DNA of 53,151 nt from an uncultured Christensenellaceae bacterium (GTDB taxonomy: Bacteria > Bacillota > Clostridia > Christensenellales > DTU072): assembly GCA_964480195.1 (NCBI GenBank), contig CAYZOJ010000004.1:1-53151 (forward strand), given 5' to 3'. The notes under the pieces are model-generated. The model was not told the origin of the DNA, searched no databases, and was given only the letters and a program-made list of their open reading frames with translations. Shown here one piece after another: positions 30,949 to 39,730 of this stretch. Both the position numbers and the translations under genes were made by a program. Each line of letters begins with the position of its first letter. Within the stretch, counting starts at the first letter, position 1.

Positions 30949-30977
30949 ATTATACACTTAAACTTATGATATTTCAA
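30949..30977 (-). promoter_or_regulatory. Sigma-A promoter of yggS-sepF, leaderless geometry
   Basis: TTGAAA-17 nt-TATAAT, 6 nt to ATG, no SD. Confidence 0.75.
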
Positions 30978-31621
30978 CCGTCGGATTCGTTCTCCGCATA
31001 ATCGTTCGGAGCATATTCCATTCTTCCGATACTTATTTCATATGCGACGCGAGTTTCTATAGAGCCGTCATCGAGAGTTTTTTGATATTCGCGACTTTGT
31101 ATTCGCCCCGAAAGAGTAATTTTATCGCCGACTTCGAGTTTTGAGGAAAATCTTGCATTTCTTCCCCAAGCTATACACGGAATATAGTCGGATTTGTTGT
31201 ACGCTCTGTTGACTGCGACCAAAATGTCCGCTATTTCGCGTTTAAACGGCGTTGTACGGAATACCGGCGGTTTACATATATAACCGGTTAGCTCAATCGA
31301 ATTGACGTTCTGCGCCTCGCTGTCGCCGTCAAACAAACTACGTACAAATACGGTCAACATCAATTTTGAACGACCGTCCACCAATTTGTTATAACTGCGG
31401 AACTGTCCTTCGATTGCAACTCGTTTGCCGGGCATAAAATCTCCGTCTGCGAGCAATCTTTCCGATACCGTAACGGGAATGATGTCTTTTTGCCCGGAAA
31501 GACGTTCGATACAAATCGACGTTTCATAAAAGCCTTCTCCGAATACGCTGTGAGAGTATTGGGGTTCGGCAATAATAACGCCCGAAATCATTACTACATT
31601 GTTGTTCATAAGGTCATCCAT
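30974..31621 (-). CDS. Single-stranded DNA-binding protein with two tandem OB folds
   Basis: Two SSB-like halves (GQFRSYN; AVNR...SDYIPCIAWG...GRIQSREY); no DDxPF-type tip; SD GGAGG. Confidence 0.85.
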   Translation of the reverse strand: MDDLMNNNVVMISGVIIAEPQYSHSVFGEGFYETSICIERLSGQKDIIPVTVSERLLADGDFMPGKRVAIEGQFRSYNKLVDGRSKLMLTVFVRSLFDGDSEAQNVNSIELTGYICKPPVFRTTPFKREIADILVAVNRAYNKSDYIPCIAWGRNARFSSKLEVGDKITLSGRIQSREYQKTLDDGSIETRVAYEISIGRMEYAPNDYAENESDG

Positions 31622-31641
31622 ACAATCCTCCGGAATGTGCT

Positions 31642-32397
31642 TTAATTATTTTTGATTTGTTTGCCTTGCGCGTCGATGGTGTAACCGTCTTTATAGACGA
31701 GTTCGTCAACTCTTACCGCGTTTAGCCCTTTGTTTTTTATTGCAAGTATAACCGTAGGAAGTGCGTCGAGTACATGGTCGCTGTTGTTATGGAACAATAT
31801 AATAGATCCGCTTACGAGCTTTTTAACGACACGTTCGGTTATTTGTGCTCCCGAAATGCCTTTCCAGTCGAGAGTGTCGATATTCCACTGTATACATTGC
31901 ATATTCAGTTCTGTTAGTCGATTTATCAGTTTATTGTCATATTCTCCGAAAGGCGCACGGAAACACGTAGGCGTTACGCCGGTTATCGCGTTAATTTTGT
32001 CGTTGATTTCCGTAATTTCCGTTGTAATTTCCGTATCTTTCAATCCGGACATATGTTTATGGTTTGCGCTGTGATTACCGATTTGATGTCCGCGTTCGTG
32101 AATTTCCTTAACGAGATCGGGATTTGCGTCAATCCAAATGCCGGTTAAGAAGAACGTTCCCCTATAGCCGTTTGCTTCGAGTATATCCATAATGCCTCGT
32201 GTCTTATCCGAGCCCCAGGACGCATCGAAGGTCAATGCGACGCTATCGGAGCTTGTTTCGACGTTATAAATCGGAACAAGACGTTTTTGCGAAGCTGTTT
32301 CGAATACTCCGGCTCCCGCAAGAGCTCCGAGAACCACAACCGCGACGAGGACTATTGCGATGACGATCAGCACACGTTTTTTACAAACTATAAACAT
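31642..32397 (-). CDS. Polysaccharide deacetylase, PdaB-like sporulation protein
   Basis: N-terminal TM; CE4 motifs LTFDASW, GNHSANH, FRAPFGEY, DTLDW, ILFH; SD GGGAGG. Confidence 0.85.
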   Translation of the reverse strand: MFIVCKKRVLIVIAIVLVAVVVLGALAGAGVFETASQKRLVPIYNVETSSDSVALTFDASWGSDKTRGIMDILEANGYRGTFFLTGIWIDANPDLVKEIHERGHQIGNHSANHKHMSGLKDTEITTEITEINDKINAITGVTPTCFRAPFGEYDNKLINRLTELNMQCIQWNIDTLDWKGISGAQITERVVKKLVSGSIILFHNNSDHVLDALPTVILAIKNKGLNAVRVDELVYKDGYTIDAQGKQIKNN

Positions 32398-32474
32398 TTT
32401 CGACCTCCCGATTATAAGATGTTTTTATTGTCGAATAATTGCGGATATGCTCGAATTATTGCTTATATGGGCAC

Positions 32475-32503
32475 AAAAAAAGCATATCCGATTAAAGATA
32501 TGC
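32475..32503 (-). terminator. Intrinsic terminator after the surface lipoprotein gene
   Basis: Minus strand GCATATC-8 nt-GATATGC followed by T7. Confidence 0.7.
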
Positions 32504-32536
32504 CGTTTGGTTGATTTATATGCGATTATTGTTTAT

Positions 32537-35500
32537 TTAGATAACAAGCTTTGCGTATTGCGACCAAATCGGATGGTCGACGTAAATTTCGTTTTGCACG
32601 GAATTTACGGCAATTCTGAGAGACCCGTCTGTCGCATTTTCGACGATATCGTAGTATACGGTAGGCAAAACGCGATTATTATCAATGTTTATGTTCAATC
32701 TGCCGTCATGTTCGAGTTTGAAAACGTATTTTCCGATATAGGTTACGGTATCGAGATTAAAAGCGTTAAGCCCGCTTGCTCCGTTAAAGGCGTAATCACC
32801 GATTGTCGCGACGGAACTTCGATTTAATGCAAAGTCGCAAACTCCCGTTGTCCCCGAAACCGCGTCGTGGCATATTGATGAAATTGACTTGCATTCCGCA
32901 AAAGCATAATTACCGATTTTTACGAGTTTGTTGCCGAAGCCCAAACGTTTGATGTACTTAGCTCCGTAAAATGCATAGTCGGCAATTACGGATACTTGCG
33001 TTTTTAACGAATAAGTTTCGTCGTTTTTTGCTGACGGATACGCGATAAGCGTAGTCGAATCGCTATCGTATATCACTCCGTCGTAGACTTTGTAAGAGGT
33101 ATTGAAAGACGAGATATTGAAAGCCTCCAAAGAAGAAGTTCCTTTGAAAGCACCCGTTCCGATATTTTGGACGTTTCTTAATTCGAGAGATGTTATTTTA
33201 TTTAAGCCACATAGCGCAAATTTGTCGAGTTCGCTTACGTGCCCCAAATCCAAACCTTTAATATCGACGCTATTACGGAAAGCATACGGAGCGACATAGC
33301 TTATGGTTCTTCCGTTGAAAGACTTAGGAATCGAAACGTATCCGCCGTTACTCGTATACGCAAATAGCCCGTATGTGCCGTTTTCGCGCTCATAAATCAA
33401 GAAATTGCCGAATTTAGTTAATTTATTACGATAAACATACCAGTCTTCTTCCGCGTTGCCTTCCGGGGATATGATTATATACCCGTTGTGAATATAAACG
33501 GACGGAGATAAAAATTCGTCGTAACGCTTGCCGACGATGTCAGCAAGAATATATGAAAGTCTTCCTATTTCCGCCATGTCATTGATTTCGAAGAGATAAA
33601 AATCGTGCCCGTATGTGCTTTTGACTTCGATGGCTCCGTTCAGATATCCGATTGTTTTCTCTGCATCGCTTCCGAAGTATTGTAATATTTGGCGTTTGGT
33701 TCGTAAATATGTAAGTCTAAATCCGAGAGATTCGAAACTCGATAAATTGTTGATATATGAGTTTTTCAATCCGAAAATAAAACTTTCTTCGGTTTTCCGA
33801 GCAAACGTTGCAGTGATTTCCGCCGTATCTTCGGGCATAACGAATACGTCGGATATAGAAGTTACGCTTCCGTTTGCGGAAAGTTCCAGTTTAACAAGTT
33901 CAAACCCGTTGTCAGGATTTATTCCGAGAGTTACGAGCGTTCCCGCTACGGCATCGTTTTTAGCTGTAGTTACAATTCCGCCGACCGAGTTATTTCTGAT
34001 ATTTATCTTATAACTGTTGATTTTGTTGATTTTATGATAATTCGAGGAGGCAGAAACCACTATTTCGTCCCCGTCGATACACTTATCGCGGGACAACTCG
34101 AACACGTTTGAATTGTCCAAATATTCCGAATAACTGCCTATCGTGATACTCAAGCGTATGTCGTCCGCGACGTAATCGCCGTATGTGTTTATGTTGTACG
34201 AAACGTGTTGCCCTATCGTCAATGTCGATGAGGACGGAAATACGGAAATTATTCCGTTATCGAAAGCCGATACCGTATAAACTCTCTCGAATGAGGCATA
34301 TAGTGTTACGTCGTTTGACGGCATAACGAACGATTTTCCGATGATTGTATCAAGTATTTCGGTTTCGTCTATGTAAGAAATGCTTAAACCGTTTGTTTTG
34401 AGTATATAGCCGTTATCGGGTTCGACGGCAATGTTGACGACTTCGTGAGGCGCGTAAGACGTCCTGTCGACGCTGATTTTACCGCCTATCGAATTCGTAA
34501 TCGTAACCGTGTATAGTTTGTCGACAGATATGACTTCCGCTTTAATTTCGACGTCGTAATCAGGCATAATGAACGAACCGTTGACTATCGGAGTGCCGTC
34601 GTCGAGTATTAGCGAATCTTTTACGAAAGTGTATCCTTCATCGGGAATAATGTTTACATATACCCTATCGCCCGGATATGCCTTTTCCTTAGACAGCACA
34701 CTCGTATAAGAAGACTCTGCCGTGCCTACGACTTTAATCGAGTATCCAGTACGTATAAATCTTGCGGTCAAATAGCAGTCGGACGACGGCATGCGGAAGG
34801 AATTTCCCGATATATACGAGCCGTTTGCGTAAACTCCGTCTATCTCGTATCCTTCGTCGGGAGTAGCGTAAAACGACACGTTTTCTCCCGATTTGTAATT
34901 ATTTTTCCTGTTAATAATGGTAATGCTTCCGTTTTGCGTTTCGGAAAGAGATAATGTGTAATCATTATCGCTTGCGCCAATCGGTACAAAAACGGCTTTT
35001 ACGGTTACGTTATCCGCAGGCATTACAAACGATTGCCCCGAAAGGATTGTACGTTGGCTTCCGTATTCGACGGTAAGCCTTGCAAGCCGATAGCCGTTTG
35101 CGGGAATGGCTTCTAAATTTACATAAAGTCCGGCTTCGCACTGAGTTTTGTCTACGTCTATACTACCGGAACCTTCCGTGATGGTCGTGACAGTATACTT
35201 ATTCGTGTCGTCGATTGGCTCGAACTCCGCACCGATAACGACCTCGGTATCTCCCATATAGAACGAACCGACGTTCCCGATATACGTAATCGCGTCGCTA
35301 CCTATAAAATAGAGAGATTTGAGTTTATATCCGTAATCGGGAATAATAAGCAAGGTAACTTGGTCGCCGAGGCTTGCATATTCGGCGCTGGGAATTATTA
35401 TGCCGTTTTCGATAGATTCGTATATACCGACAGATAAAGGCTCCGGCTCGAATTCGCACGTAACCGTTACCGGTTCAGCGGGCATTACAAACGTATACCA

Positions 35501-36016
35501 AACGGATTTTTCTTCGGATTGAGTTAAAAGTATCCCGTTGGCGTTCAAAGAACCCTCTTTAATTATGTATCCGCCTGTGCATAAAACTTCAATCGTAACG
35601 ACGTCGCCTTTACGTGCGCGTTTATCTTCCGGGGACAAAATTTCTATCGTACCGTATTCCGATTCGCACGATACCGAAATCGCGTGTCTGTAAGTTTCCA
35701 CGCTTTCCCAACCGGCAAATATCGTAAGGTTGCGTTTTGCTTTGAACGTTGCGCTGTTAAGAGGCTGAGAACACTCTTTATCGAGATACCAGCCCGTAAA
35801 TACGTATCCCGGGCGTACGGGATTTTGCTCGGGTAAAGAAATCGAATCTCCGTCTTTAAGGTATATGGTATCTATCGGCGTTCCGCCTTTGGAGTTGAAT
35901 GAAATGATATACGAAGCTTTTACGTTATTGTCGTTTTTGCACGCCGAAAGTACGCATACAAATGCGCATATGACGAGCAATATTAGTATTGATAAACGCA
36001 ATTTACTTTTTCGCAT
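32537..36016 (-). CDS. Large surface lipoprotein with InlB B-repeat-like domains and C-terminal BspA-type leucine-rich repeats
   Basis: Lipobox VLSAC (Cys26); B-repeat (FNSKGG...GYVFTGWY...AGW); repeated P.xGY...F[VRI]MP..DV units; IGxxAF-type LRR units near the C-terminus. Confidence 0.8.
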   Translation of the reverse strand: MRKSKLRLSILILLVICAFVCVLSACKNDNNVKASYIISFNSKGGTPIDTIYLKDGDSISLPEQNPVRPGYVFTGWYLDKECSQPLNSATFKAKRNLTIFAGWESVETYRHAISVSCESEYGTIEILSPEDKRARKGDVVTIEVLCTGGYIIKEGSLNANGILLTQSEEKSVWYTFVMPAEPVTVTCEFEPEPLSVGIYESIENGIIIPSAEYASLGDQVTLLIIPDYGYKLKSLYFIGSDAITYIGNVGSFYMGDTEVVIGAEFEPIDDTNKYTVTTITEGSGSIDVDKTQCEAGLYVNLEAIPANGYRLARLTVEYGSQRTILSGQSFVMPADNVTVKAVFVPIGASDNDYTLSLSETQNGSITIINRKNNYKSGENVSFYATPDEGYEIDGVYANGSYISGNSFRMPSSDCYLTARFIRTGYSIKVVGTAESSYTSVLSKEKAYPGDRVYVNIIPDEGYTFVKDSLILDDGTPIVNGSFIMPDYDVEIKAEVISVDKLYTVTITNSIGGKISVDRTSYAPHEVVNIAVEPDNGYILKTNGLSISYIDETEILDTIIGKSFVMPSNDVTLYASFERVYTVSAFDNGIISVFPSSSTLTIGQHVSYNINTYGDYVADDIRLSITIGSYSEYLDNSNVFELSRDKCIDGDEIVVSASSNYHKINKINSYKINIRNNSVGGIVTTAKNDAVAGTLVTLGINPDNGFELVKLELSANGSVTSISDVFVMPEDTAEITATFARKTEESFIFGLKNSYINNLSSFESLGFRLTYLRTKRQILQYFGSDAEKTIGYLNGAIEVKSTYGHDFYLFEINDMAEIGRLSYILADIVGKRYDEFLSPSVYIHNGYIIISPEGNAEEDWYVYRNKLTKFGNFLIYERENGTYGLFAYTSNGGYVSIPKSFNGRTISYVAPYAFRNSVDIKGLDLGHVSELDKFALCGLNKITSLELRNVQNIGTGAFKGTSSLEAFNISSFNTSYKVYDGVIYDSDSTTLIAYPSAKNDETYSLKTQVSVIADYAFYGAKYIKRLGFGNKLVKIGNYAFAECKSISSICHDAVSGTTGVCDFALNRSSVATIGDYAFNGASGLNAFNLDTVTYIGKYVFKLEHDGRLNINIDNNRVLPTVYYDIVENATDGSLRIAVNSVQNEIYVDHPIWSQYAKLVI
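33800..35915 (-). repeat. Protein-level tandem repeats of roughly 75-85 aa (B-repeat-like); boundaries approximate
   Basis: Recurring FVMPAEPV, FYMGDTEV, FVMPADNV, FRMPSSDC, FIMPDYDV, FVMPSNDV, FVMPEDTA, each preceded by a GY motif. Confidence 0.7.
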
Positions 36017-36053
36017 ATACGTTTATTTCTCCGACAATAATTTTACGAGATTA

Positions 36054-37589
36054 TTATGAATAATTCGCGAGTTTTTTGAGAACTTTTGCTGTAGCTATCG
36101 TATCGAACAACGCCCTATGCGCGTTTGTAAGATCGATATCAAATTGCTTGCACAGATCGCCGAGGTTGTTGTTTCTGTCGCGTTTGAATATTTTTTTTGC
36201 CATTGCAAGAGTGTCGATGACCGGATTGTCGAAATTGTATAAGAACTGTCTTCCGTGATAAGTAATAAATCCGATATCGAACGGCGCGTTATGTGCGCAC
36301 AGAGTTGCACCGTAGCAGAACTTGTAAAAATCTCCCACGACGTCCCTGAACAGAGGCGCGTTTTTGACGTCTTCGTCGTAAATATTATTGGTTTTGGAAG
36401 CATCTTCCGGGATGTGTTCTTCGGGGTTAATTAAAGTGGAAAATGTTTCTTTAATCACACCGTCGACCATCGAAACCGCGCCTATTTCGATTATTTTGCA
36501 GGAGTTTGCTTGTAGACCGGTAGTTTCCAAGTCGAATACCACGACTTTGCCTTTAAGTAGCTCGGGAACGACCTCCTCTTTTTCGTCGAACAGATTTCCC
36601 TGCTCCGTTTCGAGATACGGTTCGGGGAAAACGGTATAATAATCCTCCGGAACGTCGTTATATACGACTTCGGTGCTAATGCTTGCATAATCTATGTCGC
36701 ATACGGCAATTCTTCTTATCATAAAGGAATATGTACCGTATTTGACGCTCATTTGCAATTCGCCCTCTGCAACGATGTCGATGTCTTGCAAAACGTATGA
36801 ACGTATAGCCTCTTGCTGTTTCGGGAATCTCGGGAAAACCAGACATTCAACTTTTCCCGTAGTATCGTCTATCGTAAAGCGGAAATACGGTTTACCGTTT
36901 TTGGAAACCGCAGAACGCACGTTATCCACTTTCCCGCATAGCGTTATAAATTCCGATTCTTTTTTGAGTGCGTCGACCAAATATACCGGCTTACGGGCAA
37001 TCGTGCCGATGAGGTCTACTTTTACATTGACGTTTATGACGCGCAAACTCGGTTGTATCGAAGAAACGGTACGAATTTTACGAACGGTATCGGCATTGGA
37101 TTTTTTCTGCGTACGGAAGAATTCGATTTCGACGTCTTCCATAAGTTGTTTTTCGAGGTATGAGGCAAGTTTTTGGTCGTATCCGCAATTTGCAAAATAT
37201 CCGAAAATATCGGGAGGGGCGCCGACCTTAATCTTGACAAGACCGAATTCGATTTGTATTTCGAACGTTATATCACAGAGTTTAGAAAACAGCAACGAAC
37301 TTTCTTTATAGAAAAAGTCGTTGATATTTTGCAGAATATAGCGTTCTGACGTTTCCGTTTTTTTATAAACGACGTGGAATTTTATGTCTTTAGGTAAAAT
37401 TCCTTTGATTATCGAACGCACTTTTGTTTTAAGTTGATCGTCGAGCAATTTGTCATAGTCATCGGCTTCGGCGAGTAACGTGATAACGAGCTCGTCCGTT
37501 CCCGTGATGACGGCGCCAGACAATTTGAAAATTCTCTCGTTTTCGTCCAACGATTCGTTTAAGAGATAACCGAAAGTACTTTTATCCAT
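36054..37589 (-). CDS. PolC-derived protein: N-terminal region, OB fold and DEDDh 3'-5' exonuclease, lacking PHP and polymerase domains
   Basis: Follows ispG where polC is often found; OB segment ITLCGKV...FTIDDTTGKVECLVF...VAEGEL; ExoI VVFDLETTG, ExoII AHNAPFD, ExoIII HRALFD; stop right after the exonuclease. Confidence 0.8.
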   Translation of the reverse strand: MDKSTFGYLLNESLDENERIFKLSGAVITGTDELVITLLAEADDYDKLLDDQLKTKVRSIIKGILPKDIKFHVVYKKTETSERYILQNINDFFYKESSLLFSKLCDITFEIQIEFGLVKIKVGAPPDIFGYFANCGYDQKLASYLEKQLMEDVEIEFFRTQKKSNADTVRKIRTVSSIQPSLRVINVNVKVDLIGTIARKPVYLVDALKKESEFITLCGKVDNVRSAVSKNGKPYFRFTIDDTTGKVECLVFPRFPKQQEAIRSYVLQDIDIVAEGELQMSVKYGTYSFMIRRIAVCDIDYASISTEVVYNDVPEDYYTVFPEPYLETEQGNLFDEKEEVVPELLKGKVVVFDLETTGLQANSCKIIEIGAVSMVDGVIKETFSTLINPEEHIPEDASKTNNIYDEDVKNAPLFRDVVGDFYKFCYGATLCAHNAPFDIGFITYHGRQFLYNFDNPVIDTLAMAKKIFKRDRNNNLGDLCKQFDIDLTNAHRALFDTIATAKVLKKLANYS

Positions 37590-38601
37590 CGTATTCCTCC
37601 CAAAGTTTGTATAGTTCTTTGAGAATATCGTTGTTGTCGACCGTTTTTATTCGTTGACCTTTAACGTAAATAGCGGATTTATCTTTTCCCCCGCAAACGC
37701 CGATATCCGCGCCTTTGCTTTCGCCTACTCCGTTTACGATACAGCCCATAACTGCCATTTTTAACGATTTATGGCTGTTTTCGGTTAGTTGCTCGAGTTT
37801 GCTTGCGATACCTTTAACATCAATTTCGGTACGCGAACACGTCGGGCAAGCTATGACTTCGGTAAAACGTTTGTCAAGCCCCACCGCACGCAAAATTTTG
37901 CGTCCCTCAATAACTTCTTGTACGGGATTTGCCGAAAGAGACACGCGAACGGTATCACCTATTCCGTCCGCCAAAAGAGAGCCTATCGCTATTGTTGATT
38001 TTGCGATTCCGAGTTTCGGTGTACCCGCTTCCGTCAGTCCGACGTGCAACGGAAGATCCGTGAGTTTGGAAAGCTCTCTGTAAGCGGTTATCGTTTTGAG
38101 AACATCGGAAGTCTTGACTGCCAAAACGATGTCCTCGAGCCCGTAATTCATAAGCCGTTCGGCGGTGTCAACCGCCAAATGTGCGAGTTCGGACGGAGTT
38201 CTTTCGGCTTTTTCCGAGCCCTCGTTGACGCCGATTCTAATAGGCGTATGCCTTTCCGCACAAGCTACGGCGAATTTTTTCAAGCGGTCTTCGGGAAAAT
38301 TCGACGGATTAATTCTTACTTTATGCGCACCTGCGAGAACTGCGCCTAATGCCAATTCGTAGTCGAAATGTATGTCGGCGACGACAGGAATCGGGGAAAG
38401 TTTAACTATGGTTTTTAAGCTTTCGAGAGCCTCTCTGTCGGGTACCGAAACGCGTACGATATCACAGCCGGCTCCGTAAAGCTTGCTTATGCATTCGAGT
38501 GTTGCGCGGGTATCGCCGGTCGGAGTATCCGTCATCGACTGAACGGTTATCGGCGCGTTTCCGCCTATCGGGATGTCTTTTACATAAACGCGTTTTGTCA
38601 T
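37582..38601 (-). CDS. ispG: 4-hydroxy-3-methylbut-2-enyl diphosphate synthase
   Basis: VQSMT, VADIHF, RINP, IRIGVN, PLHVGLTEAG, GIGDTVRVSL, CPTC and GCIVNG Fe-S ligands. Confidence 0.96.
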   Translation of the reverse strand: MTKRVYVKDIPIGGNAPITVQSMTDTPTGDTRATLECISKLYGAGCDIVRVSVPDREALESLKTIVKLSPIPVVADIHFDYELALGAVLAGAHKVRINPSNFPEDRLKKFAVACAERHTPIRIGVNEGSEKAERTPSELAHLAVDTAERLMNYGLEDIVLAVKTSDVLKTITAYRELSKLTDLPLHVGLTEAGTPKLGIAKSTIAIGSLLADGIGDTVRVSLSANPVQEVIEGRKILRAVGLDKRFTEVIACPTCSRTEIDVKGIASKLEQLTENSHKSLKMAVMGCIVNGVGESKGADIGVCGGKDKSAIYVKGQRIKTVDNNDILKELYKLWEEYDG

Positions 38602-38617
38602 CGGTATATCTCCAACG

Positions 38618-39730
38618 TTAGGTTGTTACAAAGCGGAATATGTCCGCAAAAATCGCAAAACCGAACAATAATATCATACCGACGGTGTGTATAATGGCTT
38701 CCACTTTACGGTTAACCGGTTTTTTGAATATCCACTCTATAAGGCAGAAGACCATTCTCGAACCGTCGAGAGCCGGTAGCGGTAAAAGGTTCATTACGGC
38801 AAGGTTTGCCGAAACTAAGCATACGACGTAAGAAAGCGTTGCAAATCCTCCGCTGGCGGCTTGGCTCATCACTTGTATTGTGGTAACGGGTCCTCCGACG
38901 TTGTTGAACGCGATTTTTCCGGTAACAAGGCTTCCGAGAATAACAAGGATTTTGTATACAAGGAAGAACATAAAGAGGAAAGATCTGCCGAACGCCAATC
39001 CGAACGGCAATTTTACCGCGATGGTATACGAAGCAAACCCAAAGCCGAAATTCGTTTTCGTTTCGCCTGTTGTTTCGTCCGTATCAGGAATAAAATTACC
39101 GTTTTCGTCGTAACTTCCTATGGTGTAAACGTTTTTGGATAAAGAGAGTTTTACTTTTTTTCCGTCACGAAGAACTACGACTTCCGCAGTGTCGCCGGCT
39201 TCGGAGAACGCCGTTTGTGCGTCGTCGGTAGTCAAAATATTTACTTGCTTACCGTTTATGCTCAAAAAGGCATCCCCGGCTTCGAGTATGTTTGCGTTAG
39301 GAGAATCGGGATACACCTCCGCAACTTGCGGTAAAACCTGCCCGTAAGCGGAAAAGAAAATTATGATAATAATCCAGCCCGAAACAAGATTGAAAAACGC
39401 ACCGGAGAATAAAACGATTAAACGTTTCCAAGGCGGTTGGTTGTTAAAAGCCGCCGGATCCGAATTATCCTCGTCTTCGCCTTCGAATTGACAGAATCCC
39501 CCGAGCGGAAACGGTCTTAGCGTAAACAATACGCCCGTCTTTTTGTTTCTATGCTTAATAATCGCAGGCCCGAAGCCTACGCCGAATTCATATATCTTAA
39601 AACCGAGCAAACGCCCTGCCAAATAATGTCCGAACTCGTGTACGACGACCATAAACATTAGTGCCAATATTGCGAGAAGGACGTATCCTATAGTAGACAT
39701 AACGCTTGCAAAGGTTGCCGAAATCAGCAT
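38618..39730 (-). CDS. rseP: Site-2 intramembrane zinc metalloprotease
   Basis: HEFGH, PLGGFC, PDZ region, NLLPLPALDG. Confidence 0.92.
   Translation of the reverse strand: MLISATFASVMSTIGYVLLAILALMFMVVVHEFGHYLAGRLLGFKIYEFGVGFGPAIIKHRNKKTGVLFTLRPFPLGGFCQFEGEDEDNSDPAAFNNQPPWKRLIVLFSGAFFNLVSGWIIIIIFFSAYGQVLPQVAEVYPDSPNANILEAGDAFLSINGKQVNILTTDDAQTAFSEAGDTAEVVVLRDGKKVKLSLSKNVYTIGSYDENGNFIPDTDETTGETKTNFGFGFASYTIAVKLPFGLAFGRSFLFMFFLVYKILVILGSLVTGKIAFNNVGGPVTTIQVMSQAASGGFATLSYVVCLVSANLAVMNLLPLPALDGSRMVFCLIEWIFKKPVNRKVEAIIHTVGMILLFGFAIFADIFRFVTT

Noticed and set aside
36054-37589. Calling the short polC a pseudogene
   Set aside because: Uninterrupted 511-codon frame, all exonuclease motifs intact, an in-frame internal domain loss and no decayed polymerase sequence downstream.
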